Positions 1 to 9,203 of a stretch of DNA of 64,000 nt are shown here, piece by piece. Position numbers and translations under genes: made by a program. The stretch's first letter is position 1. Each line of letters starts with the position of its first letter. The notes under the pieces are model-generated. The model searched no databases. It had not been told where the DNA came from and saw nothing but the letters and a program-made list of their open reading frames with translations. This DNA is from an uncultured delta proteobacterium. Lineage in GTDB: Bacteria; Myxococcota_A; Polyangia; Fen-1088. The DNA lies in contig CAVTRY010000023.1 of NCBI GenBank assembly GCA_963737265.1, positions 416,001 through 480,000 of the forward strand, given 5' to 3'.

Positions 1-30
1 CTCCGAACGGCACCGCGCTATGCTAGCGCA

Positions 31-1902
31 GTGAGGTGCCCGACCCCGGTCGTAGTGGTGCTGCTCGGCGCGAGCTGCCGGGGACCGTCGGCGGGTGTCG
101 CCATCGGATCGGCGCAAGGGCGAGAAACCCGAAGCAACATTCTCCGCTCGGACTACGTTGGCTCCGCCGCCTGCGCGCCCTGTCACGCCGAGATCTACGC
201 CCGATGGCGCGCCTCGCCTATGCACCAGATGACCCGCGATCCCGAGCACGCCGAGATCCGCGCGCCCTTCGCGGGCGAAACCTTCACCTTCAAGGACGAC
301 AGGGCAACCTTGTTCCGCGCGGGAACATCGCGCCTTGTTCGCGTCGCTTCAGCGGCCAGCGGCGAACATCTGTATCGGGTCACGCGCGTGATCGGCAACC
401 GCTTCCGCGAAGACTTCGCTGGCGTTGAAGTCACATCGCCCACGGACAACGTCCGGCGCGGCTTCGTGCCCGAGCTGGTGTTGCCGGTGACCTACTATTT
501 CCAGACGCAAGGCTATCGTCCCAAGGGGTACTCGGTCATGACCCACGAACGACCGGGCCTGCGCGCGGGCGCGGTATGGAACCAAACCTGCATCTTCTGC
601 CACAATACCGTCCCCTGGTTCGATACTGCGTGGGGCGCGTTCGCCGGACAGTCGCCGCCCGCTTACCAAGGCGTGGTAGTGGATCGCTTGCTGCCCGAGT
701 CGCGGCGCTTCGAGTACCGCGTAAACCACGCTGCGGCCTTCCGCGCCGCCATTGCCGACGAAGAGACAGTGGTCGGCGCGCCGCCCGCAAGCGAGCCACA
801 GGACAATGCCGCCGCCGCGCGCGCGGGCATGCGCGCCTTGGCGAGCAAGCTCGAGGGCCAGCATCTGGTCGAGGAAGGCATCGGCTGCGAATCCTGCCAC
901 GGCGGCGGGCGCGAGCACGCCGTGGATCCGCGCGTGCGAACGTCCTTCGCACCCCACGGCGACTTTCTCGAAGTCCGGCCGCCAGCGGGCGGAACGCCCT
1001 CGCGAGCGCTGCTGATCAACCGCACCTGCGCGCGCTGCCACCAGGTTTTGTTTTCCCGCTACCCCTACACCTGGGAAGGCGGCCTTCGGCACGGCGGTCC
1101 ACAGGGCGGCAGCACGACCACGTCGGGCGAGGCGCGCGACTTCTTGCTGGGCGGTCCGGCGAAGAACCTTGCGTGCACGGCTTGCCACGATCCGCACGCC
1201 GCGGACACGCCCGAGGCACTGGCGAAGCTCGGGACACCCGCGGGCAATGTGGTTTGCCTCGACTGCCACAAATCCTTCGCGAGCCCGGAAGGCCTCGCCA
1301 GCCACGCGCACCACTCGCCCACCGGCCCGGCGGGTGCCTGCATTGCCTGCCACATGCCCCGCAAGAACATGGCGCTCGACTACTCGCTTACGCGCTACCA
1401 TCGCATCGGATCGCCCACCGACAGCGAGCGCGTGGAACGCGATCGTCCCCTCGAATGCGCTCTCTGCCACGCCGACGAGAGCGTGGCGCAACTGGTGGGC
1501 GACATGGAACGTCTGTGGGACAAGAAGTACGACCGGGACAAATTGACGGCGCTTTATGGAGATCTGGGCGAAAATGCGCTGGTGGCGACGTTGCTTCGCG
1601 GAAAGCCGCACGAACAAGTGACCGCGGCCATGGTGCTCGCCGAGCACAGGGTGACTTCCGACCAAACTTCGGCGGCGCCGCTGGTCGCGCGCATGCTCGC
1701 CAGCCCCTACCCGCTTGCCCGTCGCTTCGCGGCCCAAGCCCTGGGGTCGATGCTCGAAGGGCCATGCGTTCTCGACGTGGATGCCCCTTTTGAAACTATC
1801 CGGACCGCTCTTGCTAGCTGCGGCCTCAACCTATCCGACCTGCCCGCCCTGCCCACGACTGCTAAGTTGAGACCCAAGTCCGACGAGCGAGACGAAGACT
1901 GA
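31..1902 (+). CDS. Multiheme (octaheme) c-type cytochrome, probable lipoprotein, with C-terminal HEAT-like helical region
   Basis: Eight CxxCH motifs (CAPCH, CIFCH, CESCH, CARCH, CTACH, CLDCH, CIACH, CALCH); hydrophobic N-terminus ending LLGASC (lipobox-like). Confidence 0.85.
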   Translation: MRCPTPVVVVLLGASCRGPSAGVAIGSAQGRETRSNILRSDYVGSAACAPCHAEIYARWRASPMHQMTRDPEHAEIRAPFAGETFTFKDDRATLFRAGTSRLVRVASAASGEHLYRVTRVIGNRFREDFAGVEVTSPTDNVRRGFVPELVLPVTYYFQTQGYRPKGYSVMTHERPGLRAGAVWNQTCIFCHNTVPWFDTAWGAFAGQSPPAYQGVVVDRLLPESRRFEYRVNHAAAFRAAIADEETVVGAPPASEPQDNAAAARAGMRALASKLEGQHLVEEGIGCESCHGGGREHAVDPRVRTSFAPHGDFLEVRPPAGGTPSRALLINRTCARCHQVLFSRYPYTWEGGLRHGGPQGGSTTTSGEARDFLLGGPAKNLACTACHDPHAADTPEALAKLGTPAGNVVCLDCHKSFASPEGLASHAHHSPTGPAGACIACHMPRKNMALDYSLTRYHRIGSPTDSERVERDRPLECALCHADESVAQLVGDMERLWDKKYDRDKLTALYGDLGENALVATLLRGKPHEQVTAAMVLAEHRVTSDQTSAAPLVARMLASPYPLARRFAAQALGSMLEGPCVLDVDAPFETIRTALASCGLNLSDLPALPTTAKLRPKSDERDED

Positions 1903-1922
1903 AATATCCTCGCTGGCGCAAA

Positions 1923-2088
1923 CCACAATCCCGCGACAAGCGCAGCGACGTCGCGGAAGGCGGCAGAAAAAGGGCGCCTTTTCAAGATAGACGCGCCACC
2001 CAGTTGGAGCGATGAATGGTGGTCGTAAACGTCGTCGTGGTCGTGGCCGTGGCCGACGAAGATCACTTCGCCTATCGCGGGATTGCGG
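1923..2088. repeat. Imperfect inverted repeat pair bracketing ~120 bp of intergenic DNA (MITE-like remnant?)
   Basis: ccacaatcccgcgacaagcgcag (1923-1945) vs reverse complement of 2066-2088 (ccgcaatcccgcgataggcgaag), 19/23 identical. Confidence 0.5.
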
Positions 2089-2139
2089 ACAAAGGCCGAC
2101 AGCTGCATTTTTCCAACTTCTGTGGCATCCAAGGGAAGC

Positions 2140-2529
2140 GTGAAGGCATCTGAACTAGCATCATGGAAGAAGCGCTTGCTGGCGTTGCGGGCCGAGATAC
2201 TCGCCGAGGGCGATGTGGCCATCGAGCCCGTGCGCAAGGACGAAGCAGGCGCGAGCAGCGACGAGGATGGGCAACCCTTGGCGGAAATGAGCCAGGTCAT
2301 CGCCTCGAAGCGCAATCGTGAGCGAACGGGTGTGCTGGCGCGGGTGAACCAGGCGCTGTCGCGCATCGAGAGCGACCCCGGGCTGTTCGGGCTGTGCCGC
2401 GAGTGCGAAGAGCCCATCGGCAAACGGCTGCAGGTAGTGCCTTACGTCGAGTTGTGCGTCGAGTGCCAGCAGGCGCGTGACAGCGCCGACAAAACCGGCC
2501 GGCGGCGCCACTTGCTGGATTTCAAATAA
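2140..2529 (+). CDS. TraR/DksA C4-type zinc finger protein
   Basis: Coiled-coil region followed by CREC...CVEC zinc finger; in-frame GTG at 2140 chosen over the ORF-track start 2083. Confidence 0.85.
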   Translation: MKASELASWKKRLLALRAEILAEGDVAIEPVRKDEAGASSDEDGQPLAEMSQVIASKRNRERTGVLARVNQALSRIESDPGLFGLCRECEEPIGKRLQVVPYVELCVECQQARDSADKTGRRRHLLDFK

Positions 2530-2539
2530 AGGAGACAAC

Positions 2540-3007
2540 ATGATCAATGTGGGAAACAAGGCACCAGCGTTTACCCTGCCGGATGAGAATGGCACGCCAG
2601 TGAAACTTTCAGACCTCGCCGGCCAATGGGTCGTGCTGTACTTCTATCCCAGGGACGACACCCCGGGATGCACGGTCGAGGCCTGCGAATTCACTTCCGG
2701 GCTGGCCGGCTTCGAGAAGCTGGACGCGGCGGTCCTCGGGTGTAGCCCGGATTCGCCCGAGAGCCACCGCAAGTTCATCGCCAAGCACAAGCTGAAGGTC
2801 AAGTTGTTGTCGGACCCCGACCACGCCGTCATGGAAAAATACGGCGCCTGGGGCGAGAAGAACAACTATGGCAAAAAGACGCTCGGGGTGATCCGGTCCA
2901 CCGTCATCATCGATCCCGCGGGCAAGATCGCGCACCACTGGGCCACGGTGAAAGCCGCCGGACACGCCGAATATGTGCGCGCCAAGCTGGCCGAGCTAGC
3001 GGACTAG
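2540..3007 (+). CDS. bcp: Thioredoxin-dependent peroxiredoxin (BCP/PrxQ)
   Basis: VVLYFYPRDDTPGCTVEAC motif; AGGAG RBS just before ATG 2540. Confidence 0.92.
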   Translation: MINVGNKAPAFTLPDENGTPVKLSDLAGQWVVLYFYPRDDTPGCTVEACEFTSGLAGFEKLDAAVLGCSPDSPESHRKFIAKHKLKVKLLSDPDHAVMEKYGAWGEKNNYGKKTLGVIRSTVIIDPAGKIAHHWATVKAAGHAEYVRAKLAELAD

Positions 3008-3060
3008 GAACGCACCAGCCGGGGGTCAAGATCCTACGTTCCGTGTGATAGGTTGCGGAC

Positions 3061-4098
3061 ATGCGTCTGCGTCCGCGCTTCAGTCTCTTTGCCCTTTTCG
3101 CCCTTCCGGCGTGCCTCAATCTGCCGCTACCGCGGGCCATTCCGGCATCCGGCATCGCCGGCTCGCCCAAAGCGTCGATGACGTCGCCGCGGACCAAGAG
3201 CGAAAATCCATTCGCGGGCGCCTATTTTCTGGTCGATCCGGATTCGAATGCCAACCTCCAGGTGCAGCGCTGGAAAGACACCCGCCCCGCGGACGCGGGC
3301 CTCATGAAGAAGATCGCGGATCAGCCGACCGCGGCCTGGTTCGGCGATTGGACTCCGATGATTGAAGCGGCCGTTGCGAAGTACGTGGAGAGCCACACCC
3401 GCATTGGCGCCCTGCCGGTCTTCGTGCTTTACAATCTTCCCCACCGCGACTGCGGCCAATATTCCAAGGGCGGCGCCAGCGGCGCCGAAAGCTACAAGCG
3501 CTGGATTGACGGCGCAGCGAGGGGCATCGGCGCGCGACGGGCCGTGGTCGTGCTGGAGCCCGACGCGCTCGGCCTGCTCGACAAGTGTCTTTCGCCGCAG
3601 GATCAGAAAGAGCGCCTGGCGCTCATCCGCTACGCTGTCCACATGCTCGAATCCACGCCGGGCGCCGCCGTGTACATGGACGCCGGCCATGAAGCCTGGC
3701 TAGAACCCGAGGAAATCGCCAAGCGACTCAAGGCCGCCGGCATCGACGAAGCCACCGGATTTGCCCTCAACACGTCGAACTATCGAGCCACCCTGCCGCT
3801 TGTTGCCTTCGGCACCGCCGTATCGAAACTGGCGGGTGGAAAGCACTTCATCATCGACACCGGACGCAACGGTAACGGTCCCGCCAATGCTGAGCCTGGC
3901 AGCGAGGCGTCGTGGTGCAACCCCGGAGGTCGAGCCCTGGGAACCCCGCCGACCACTAATACAGGCAATCCGCTGATCGACGCTTTCTACTGGGTCAAGC
4001 CGCCCGGGGAATCCGACGGCGCCTGCAACAAAGGCCCACGCGCCGGCGTATTTTGGGCCGAGTACGCGCTCGGCTTGGCCAAACGCGCGAAGTGGTAG
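3061..4098 (+). CDS. Glycoside hydrolase family 6 (cellulase/endoglucanase), probable lipoprotein
   Basis: GH6 motifs YNLPHRDC, LEPDAL, IDTGRNG, WCNP, WVKPPGESDG; lipobox LPAC. Confidence 0.92.
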   Translation: MRLRPRFSLFALFALPACLNLPLPRAIPASGIAGSPKASMTSPRTKSENPFAGAYFLVDPDSNANLQVQRWKDTRPADAGLMKKIADQPTAAWFGDWTPMIEAAVAKYVESHTRIGALPVFVLYNLPHRDCGQYSKGGASGAESYKRWIDGAARGIGARRAVVVLEPDALGLLDKCLSPQDQKERLALIRYAVHMLESTPGAAVYMDAGHEAWLEPEEIAKRLKAAGIDEATGFALNTSNYRATLPLVAFGTAVSKLAGGKHFIIDTGRNGNGPANAEPGSEASWCNPGGRALGTPPTTNTGNPLIDAFYWVKPPGESDGACNKGPRAGVFWAEYALGLAKRAKW

Positions 4099-4182
4099 TG
4101 CTCCCCGACGGAACATCCGAACGCTCGAGAGAATCTGAAAGAAGGCGCCTACTCGAACGTAATTCCGGTGACGCAGAATTGG

Positions 4183-4857
4183 TTACGGTGTATTACAGCT
4201 CGTGCTGCAGTAGCTTTCACCGCAGGCAAGCAAGCTTGACAGGTTCGCGACTGCTGACGAATAGATGGTCTCGCAATTGTTCATGCATGTGGTGTCGCTG
4301 GTGGAGCAAGCCGAAATACAGCTTGACAGGCTCACGCAGGATGCCTGGCCATCGCAGGCGGATAATTGGGGACAACAGGACTGATCTATGCAAAGGGTAC
4401 ATGCGGTAGCCGTCGATGACGGGTTGCACGCAGTGCCGGTGGACCCTGCGGAGCCTCCGTAACCTCCGCCGCTTCCGCCCGAGGCGCCCCCTCCACTTCC
4501 TCCGTAGCCGCCACCGGCGACCGGGGGCTGGCATTTGCTTGAACTGGAGCAATCAGCTATGTAGCCTTCCGTAACGCAGGCGGAGGCATTGCCATTTCCA
4601 CAGTCGATAACCGTAGAGCAGGCTACCTGCGAAGACCAACAGGTACCGGTACCGGGACAATAGTAGACGTCACCCGTGCCGCACGCCGCTTCGATCTGGC
4701 TATAGCACACATCGGCTGCTCCGGATGAGCTCGCACCCCCGCAAATAAAGCCGGTGGGGCATTCCCCAGTGGTGGAGCATTCGGTGCTACCGCTTTGGTA
4801 GGTGGGGCTGCAGCTCAACAGACCCGCGACGGCATAGGCCAAGGCGATTCGTTTCAT
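4183..4857 (-). CDS. Cysteine-rich lipoprotein with Gly-rich linker
   Basis: MKRIALAYAVAGLLSC lipoprotein signal; two Cys-rich halves split by a GGSGG linker. Confidence 0.75.
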   Translation of the reverse strand: MKRIALAYAVAGLLSCSPTYQSGSTECSTTGECPTGFICGGASSSGAADVCYSQIEAACGTGDVYYCPGTGTCWSSQVACSTVIDCGNGNASACVTEGYIADCSSSSKCQPPVAGGGYGGSGGGASGGSGGGYGGSAGSTGTACNPSSTATACTLCIDQSCCPQLSACDGQASCVSLSSCISACSTSDTTCMNNCETIYSSAVANLSSLLACGESYCSTSCNTP

Positions 4858-4872
4858 GAAGTTCGAGCTCCT

Positions 4873-5943
4873 CTAATATGCGTAGTGAATAACGGCACCA
4901 ACCGAGTCGGGGCGGACGACCGGCGCCAGCGCTACAAAGTTGGATGCGTGATGATCCTTGGTCGCCATCATGATGATGGCTGTCACGACGCCTGCCGCTC
5001 CCAGGCCGTAACATACGCCCTGGATATCGGCGTAGGTTTTTCCCGTACTGTCCTTGCTTGGGTTGTATTGTTTCTCGGTATCGGAAAAAGCGCTCTGAGA
5101 CAGGTAGGTAAAGATTCCGCCTGTGGCAAGGACCGCGACTCCAATACCGCCAACGATCCAAGCTGCATTATTGTTGCTGGGCAAAGGCGCGCTTCGATTA
5201 CTGGTGTCCGCGCCCAATCCAGCGGCGGAAGCGCTTTGATTCTCTGTCGCAGTTGGGGAGCCGTACACCGGCAAGACCGGCGGATATTGCGTGTCCGACG
5301 GAGGGTTGTACTGGGCCTGTGGGTAGACGGGTTGCGGGCTGTATTGGGCCTGGGGATAGCCAGGCTGGGTGCCGTGCTGACTTGCTGCCGGGTACCCATA
5401 GTCGCTCGGCTGCGACGGGGGCATGGCCGGAACGTCCGGTGCGGGCTGCGCGACGGGCGCGGCGGACGGCGTCGGCGGCAAAGCTCCCGGCAGCGCGGAG
5501 GCCGGTGGCGCCGGCGTCGTCACTACCGGCACGGGCAGCGCAGTGGCAGCAACTGGTGGCGTCGCGGCCTGGCCGCGAAGATGTTCGAGCTCGCTAATCC
5601 AAGCCTCTACCTCGGCGCGATCGTCGGCGGTGATGTCCTTTTTGCGGTGCAGGTAATCCCGCAAATTGGAAAGGGCAGGATCGTTTCTGCGCAGATAGTA
5701 ATAGCAAGCGCCCAGGTTGCGCACGAACACCAACATGTCTGGGTGGGCAACGCTCAGGTTTACGAAGACCCTGGCCGCCTCCTCGTAGTGCCCCTCCTTG
5801 TAGAGTCCGATGGCTTCCTTGGCATCGGCCTTGCCCTTCTTATCGAGATCGGCGGCCGCAGCAGATCTCACCGCTATGGGTAGGCTCCACACGAAACCGG
5901 CAACGAAGACACCGAGAAAGATAACGGTCAGTGAACGCGCCAT
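4873..5943 (-). CDS. Secreted TPR-domain protein with Pro/Gln-rich linker and hydrophobic C-terminal domain
   Basis: Signal peptide; TPR-like AIGLYKEGHYEEAA...NLGACY; PxYPQAQY repeats; ends VGAVIHYAY; overlaps the upstream kinase stop. Confidence 0.75.
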   Translation of the reverse strand: MARSLTVIFLGVFVAGFVWSLPIAVRSAAAADLDKKGKADAKEAIGLYKEGHYEEAARVFVNLSVAHPDMLVFVRNLGACYYYLRRNDPALSNLRDYLHRKKDITADDRAEVEAWISELEHLRGQAATPPVAATALPVPVVTTPAPPASALPGALPPTPSAAPVAQPAPDVPAMPPSQPSDYGYPAASQHGTQPGYPQAQYSPQPVYPQAQYNPPSDTQYPPVLPVYGSPTATENQSASAAGLGADTSNRSAPLPSNNNAAWIVGGIGVAVLATGGIFTYLSQSAFSDTEKQYNPSKDSTGKTYADIQGVCYGLGAAGVVTAIIMMATKDHHASNFVALAPVVRPDSVGAVIHYAY

Positions 5944-7556
5944 TCGTCTTCCCTTCCCTGTATTGGTTTGGGCACCAGCTTGCGTGCCGCTGCGCCAGAG
6001 CGATGCTCGCCGTGTGTCGCCGCGGACTTGGTCGAGACTTCAACGCGAGGGGTGTCTAAAGGCTCAAGATCCACCGACGTGGACGTGTTTCCTTTGAGGG
6101 CGATGGCGACGGACCTTTCCTTGTAGCCGGCCATGTGCAGAACGACTCCCAGCGCGCCATCGCCCTGCGGGTAGGACTTTTCAAGAGGGGTCTGGCCGAG
6201 CACCGCGCCGTCCTTCCCGTCCACTACGACCGCACCCGCAGGCGAGCTGCTGACACGCACGTGGACGGGCGCGCTAGGAGCCGCGCTCGGTGCAACGCGA
6301 GCGACATTTCTGAAAACTGCTGGTTGGCCAGCGCCGACCGGCGCCGACGAGCTGACCGGGCGAAGCATTACGAACAGGGCGAGCCCAGCGGCGACAGCGC
6401 CGATGGCGGCGACGATCGGCCATCGCTTGGGTCGCAGGCTCTTCAGGTCTGTGTCGCTCGCCGAGGCATCGGACGACGACGTCGACTCGCCGCTGGCACG
6501 GGTAAAGGTGGTGACGCTCGGGCTCGGCGCGTACACCGTCCCCGGGGGCAGCGCGGCAGTGACTGCACGCCCCGAATCCGATGCGGGCTTGGAGGACGTT
6601 TGCCCCTGGCCCTGGTCGCTTGCCGAATAGACGGCCGTGCCTGTCGGATGCGCAGATTCATTCTCTCCGAAGAGCGCGCTTCCCTGATTGGTCAGCGCCG
6701 GGTAGGTGCCAAGCAGGGCACCTACAAAATAGTCCACGCTGTCGTAGCGCAAGTCGCGCTCCTTCGACAAGGCGCGCATCACGGATTGGTCGACGTAGTC
6801 GGGTGCGTCCGAGACGAGCGACCTCAATGGGGCAGGACTGGCGGTGAGCTGCAGGACCAACATCTCGGTGGTGGATTGGCACGCAAACGGCGGCACGCCC
6901 GCCAGCATTTCGTACACCATGATGGCAAGCGAATAGATGTCGGATCGGTGATCGACCTCGGAGCTGTCGCGACACTGCTCGGGCGACATGTACGCCGGGC
7001 TGCCCATGAGGAGTCCGGCTTGCGTCCTTACCGTCGAGGCGCGGTCCCCGCTATGCTTGACCTTGGCGATGCCGAAATCGAGCACTTTCACGCGAAATCC
7101 CATCGACGAAGGCGCGTCTGGCACCAAGAAAATATTCTCGGGCTTGAGATCGCGGTGGACAATCCCGGCTGCGTGGGCAGCCGACAACGCGGAACCAGCT
7201 TGGCGGGTGATTTCCTGCACCAGCCGAAGCGGCATCCGGCCCTGCTGAAGCAGCCGCTTCTGAAGGGAATCCCCTTCCAGGAATTCCATCAGGATGTACG
7301 GTTCGCCTTCCGGAGTTACACCCGCATCCAGTACCTCGATGATGTTGGGGTGGCGGATCGCGCTCGCCGCCCGAGCTTCATTGAGAAAGCGGCGCACCAG
7401 CTCTGGATCCTCGACCATCCCCTTGTGCAGAACTTTGATGGCGGCCCGCCGCTGCAGGAATTGATTGCGGGCTTCGTAAACCTCGCCGAACCCGCCCTCG
7501 CCAACCAAACGCACGACTTGATAGTTTCCGAAGGTCTGTCCAGTCGCCAGCGCCAT
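5928..7556 (-). CDS. Transmembrane Hanks-type Ser/Thr protein kinase with PEGA-like extracytoplasmic domain
   Basis: GEGGFGEVY, AIKVL, HRDLKPEN, DFG, YMSPEQ; TM helix; SSPAGAVV...LGQTPL. Confidence 0.93.
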   Translation of the reverse strand: MALATGQTFGNYQVVRLVGEGGFGEVYEARNQFLQRRAAIKVLHKGMVEDPELVRRFLNEARAASAIRHPNIIEVLDAGVTPEGEPYILMEFLEGDSLQKRLLQQGRMPLRLVQEITRQAGSALSAAHAAGIVHRDLKPENIFLVPDAPSSMGFRVKVLDFGIAKVKHSGDRASTVRTQAGLLMGSPAYMSPEQCRDSSEVDHRSDIYSLAIMVYEMLAGVPPFACQSTTEMLVLQLTASPAPLRSLVSDAPDYVDQSVMRALSKERDLRYDSVDYFVGALLGTYPALTNQGSALFGENESAHPTGTAVYSASDQGQGQTSSKPASDSGRAVTAALPPGTVYAPSPSVTTFTRASGESTSSSDASASDTDLKSLRPKRWPIVAAIGAVAAGLALFVMLRPVSSSAPVGAGQPAVFRNVARVAPSAAPSAPVHVRVSSSPAGAVVVDGKDGAVLGQTPLEKSYPQGDGALGVVLHMAGYKERSVAIALKGNTSTSVDLEPLDTPRVEVSTKSAATHGEHRSGAAARKLVPKPIQGREDEWRVH

Positions 7557-7717
7557 GTCGACAAGTCCTCGCGCGGTATTGTTACGCCAAGCTTCACGAA
7601 AAATGAAGGACTTTCTTCACGCGTGGCGAAAGAAAACACGTCCTCGCCGCGGCGGCGCGCCCCGAATCATGTGTTGCGGACCCGGGCGGCCACGACGATA
7701 ATGCCAGCCGATCGCAC

Positions 7718-9193
7718 GTGATTGGGACGACTATCGGCAACTATGAGGTGCAGCGTCTTATCGGAGAAGGCGGGATGGGGAAGGTGTATCTGGCGGTCCA
7801 TCCCGGCATCGGACGCCAGGCCGCGGTCAAGGTACTCACCCCGAGCGACGCGGCGGATCCACAAATCGTCAGCCGCTTCATCACCGAGGCGCGCGCGGCG
7901 AATGCCATTCGCCATCCGAATATCGTCGACATCTACGACTCGGGCGTCATCGAGGGCGGCACCCCGTACATCGTCATGGAGTACCTCGACGGCGAAACGC
8001 TCACCCAGACGCTCGGCCGCGGGCCGCTGGCAGTGGCGGATGCCATCGACTGGGGATGCCAGATCGCCGAGGCGCTCGCGGCGGCACACGCCCACGACGT
8101 CGTGCATCGCGATCTGAAGCCCGACAATTTATTCCTAGTCCCGGATCCGCGGCGCCTGGGAAAGAAGCAGGTGAAGGTTCTCGACTTCGGCATCGCCAAG
8201 CTACAGCGCCGAACCATGGGGCAGGTCCACAAGACCCGCACCGGCGCGCTGCTCGGTACGCCGCTCTACATGTCGCCCGAGCAGTGCATGAGCATCAAGG
8301 ACATCGATGCGCGGACCGACATCTATTCCCTCGGCGTGATCCTGTACGAGATGGTGACGGGCAAGCGCCCTTTCGACGGCGACGGCGTGTATGCCGTCAT
8401 CAGCATGCACGTCAACGACAAGCCGGCGGCGCCCACGACCCTGCGGGCCGATCTGTCACCCGAGCTTGAAGCCATCATCTTACAGGCGCTGGCCAAGACG
8501 CCGGCGCAACGTCAGGGCTCGATGGCCGAGGTGCTGTCCCAGCTGGAATGGGCGCGCGGCAATCCCGCGGCCAGCAGCGAAGCGCTCGCGCGTTCGCAAC
8601 AGGACCGCGTAAAGGCCATTCCATTGCTGCCTTCGCAGCAAGCGACCTTGCCCGAGATCAAGACCCTCGGCGACACCGCGACATCCAAAGGCGTGACCGC
8701 GCAGACGGCGCGCGGGCGGGGCCTGTCCCGGTCCTGGCTGCTGGCTGGCGCAGTCGGCGCGGTGGTTGTCGGCCTGTATCTTCTCGCGCCGTTCGGACGC
8801 AAGACCAATGCCCCGGCGCCGGCCGCCTCCACCCCGCCCGTGACGGTCCCACGCGCTTCCCCGGCATCGTCAACTCATCCCTCTTCGCCCCCATCGGCGC
8901 CCGAGCCGATCGAGCTCGGTCTCGACAGCGTACCAGCTGGAGCAACCGTGTTCGTGGACGACGTTCTGGTCGGCACCACGCCCACGACTTACAAGGTTGC
9001 CCCGACCGACGCGCCGATTGAGTTTGTCTTCCGCATGCCGGGATTCGAACCGGAAAAGATCCGCGCCCTTCCCGCCAGAGGCCTCAGGATCAGTGCCAGC
9101 TTCAGCAAGCCGACGCCCGTCAAACGCGCCGCCGGACCGAAGCGCAAGCATGGCCAAGCGGGATCTTCGAGCGACATCCAATTCGAGCGCTGA
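7718..9193 (+). CDS. Transmembrane Hanks-type Ser/Thr protein kinase with PEGA domain
   Basis: GEGGMGKVY, HRDLKPDN, DFG, YMSPEQ; TM helix; DSVPAGATVFVDDVLVGTTP. Confidence 0.93.
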   Translation: MIGTTIGNYEVQRLIGEGGMGKVYLAVHPGIGRQAAVKVLTPSDAADPQIVSRFITEARAANAIRHPNIVDIYDSGVIEGGTPYIVMEYLDGETLTQTLGRGPLAVADAIDWGCQIAEALAAAHAHDVVHRDLKPDNLFLVPDPRRLGKKQVKVLDFGIAKLQRRTMGQVHKTRTGALLGTPLYMSPEQCMSIKDIDARTDIYSLGVILYEMVTGKRPFDGDGVYAVISMHVNDKPAAPTTLRADLSPELEAIILQALAKTPAQRQGSMAEVLSQLEWARGNPAASSEALARSQQDRVKAIPLLPSQQATLPEIKTLGDTATSKGVTAQTARGRGLSRSWLLAGAVGAVVVGLYLLAPFGRKTNAPAPAASTPPVTVPRASPASSTHPSSPPSAPEPIELGLDSVPAGATVFVDDVLVGTTPTTYKVAPTDAPIEFVFRMPGFEPEKIRALPARGLRISASFSKPTPVKRAAGPKRKHGQAGSSSDIQFER

Positions 9194-9203
9194 CGAACCC
9201 GCC

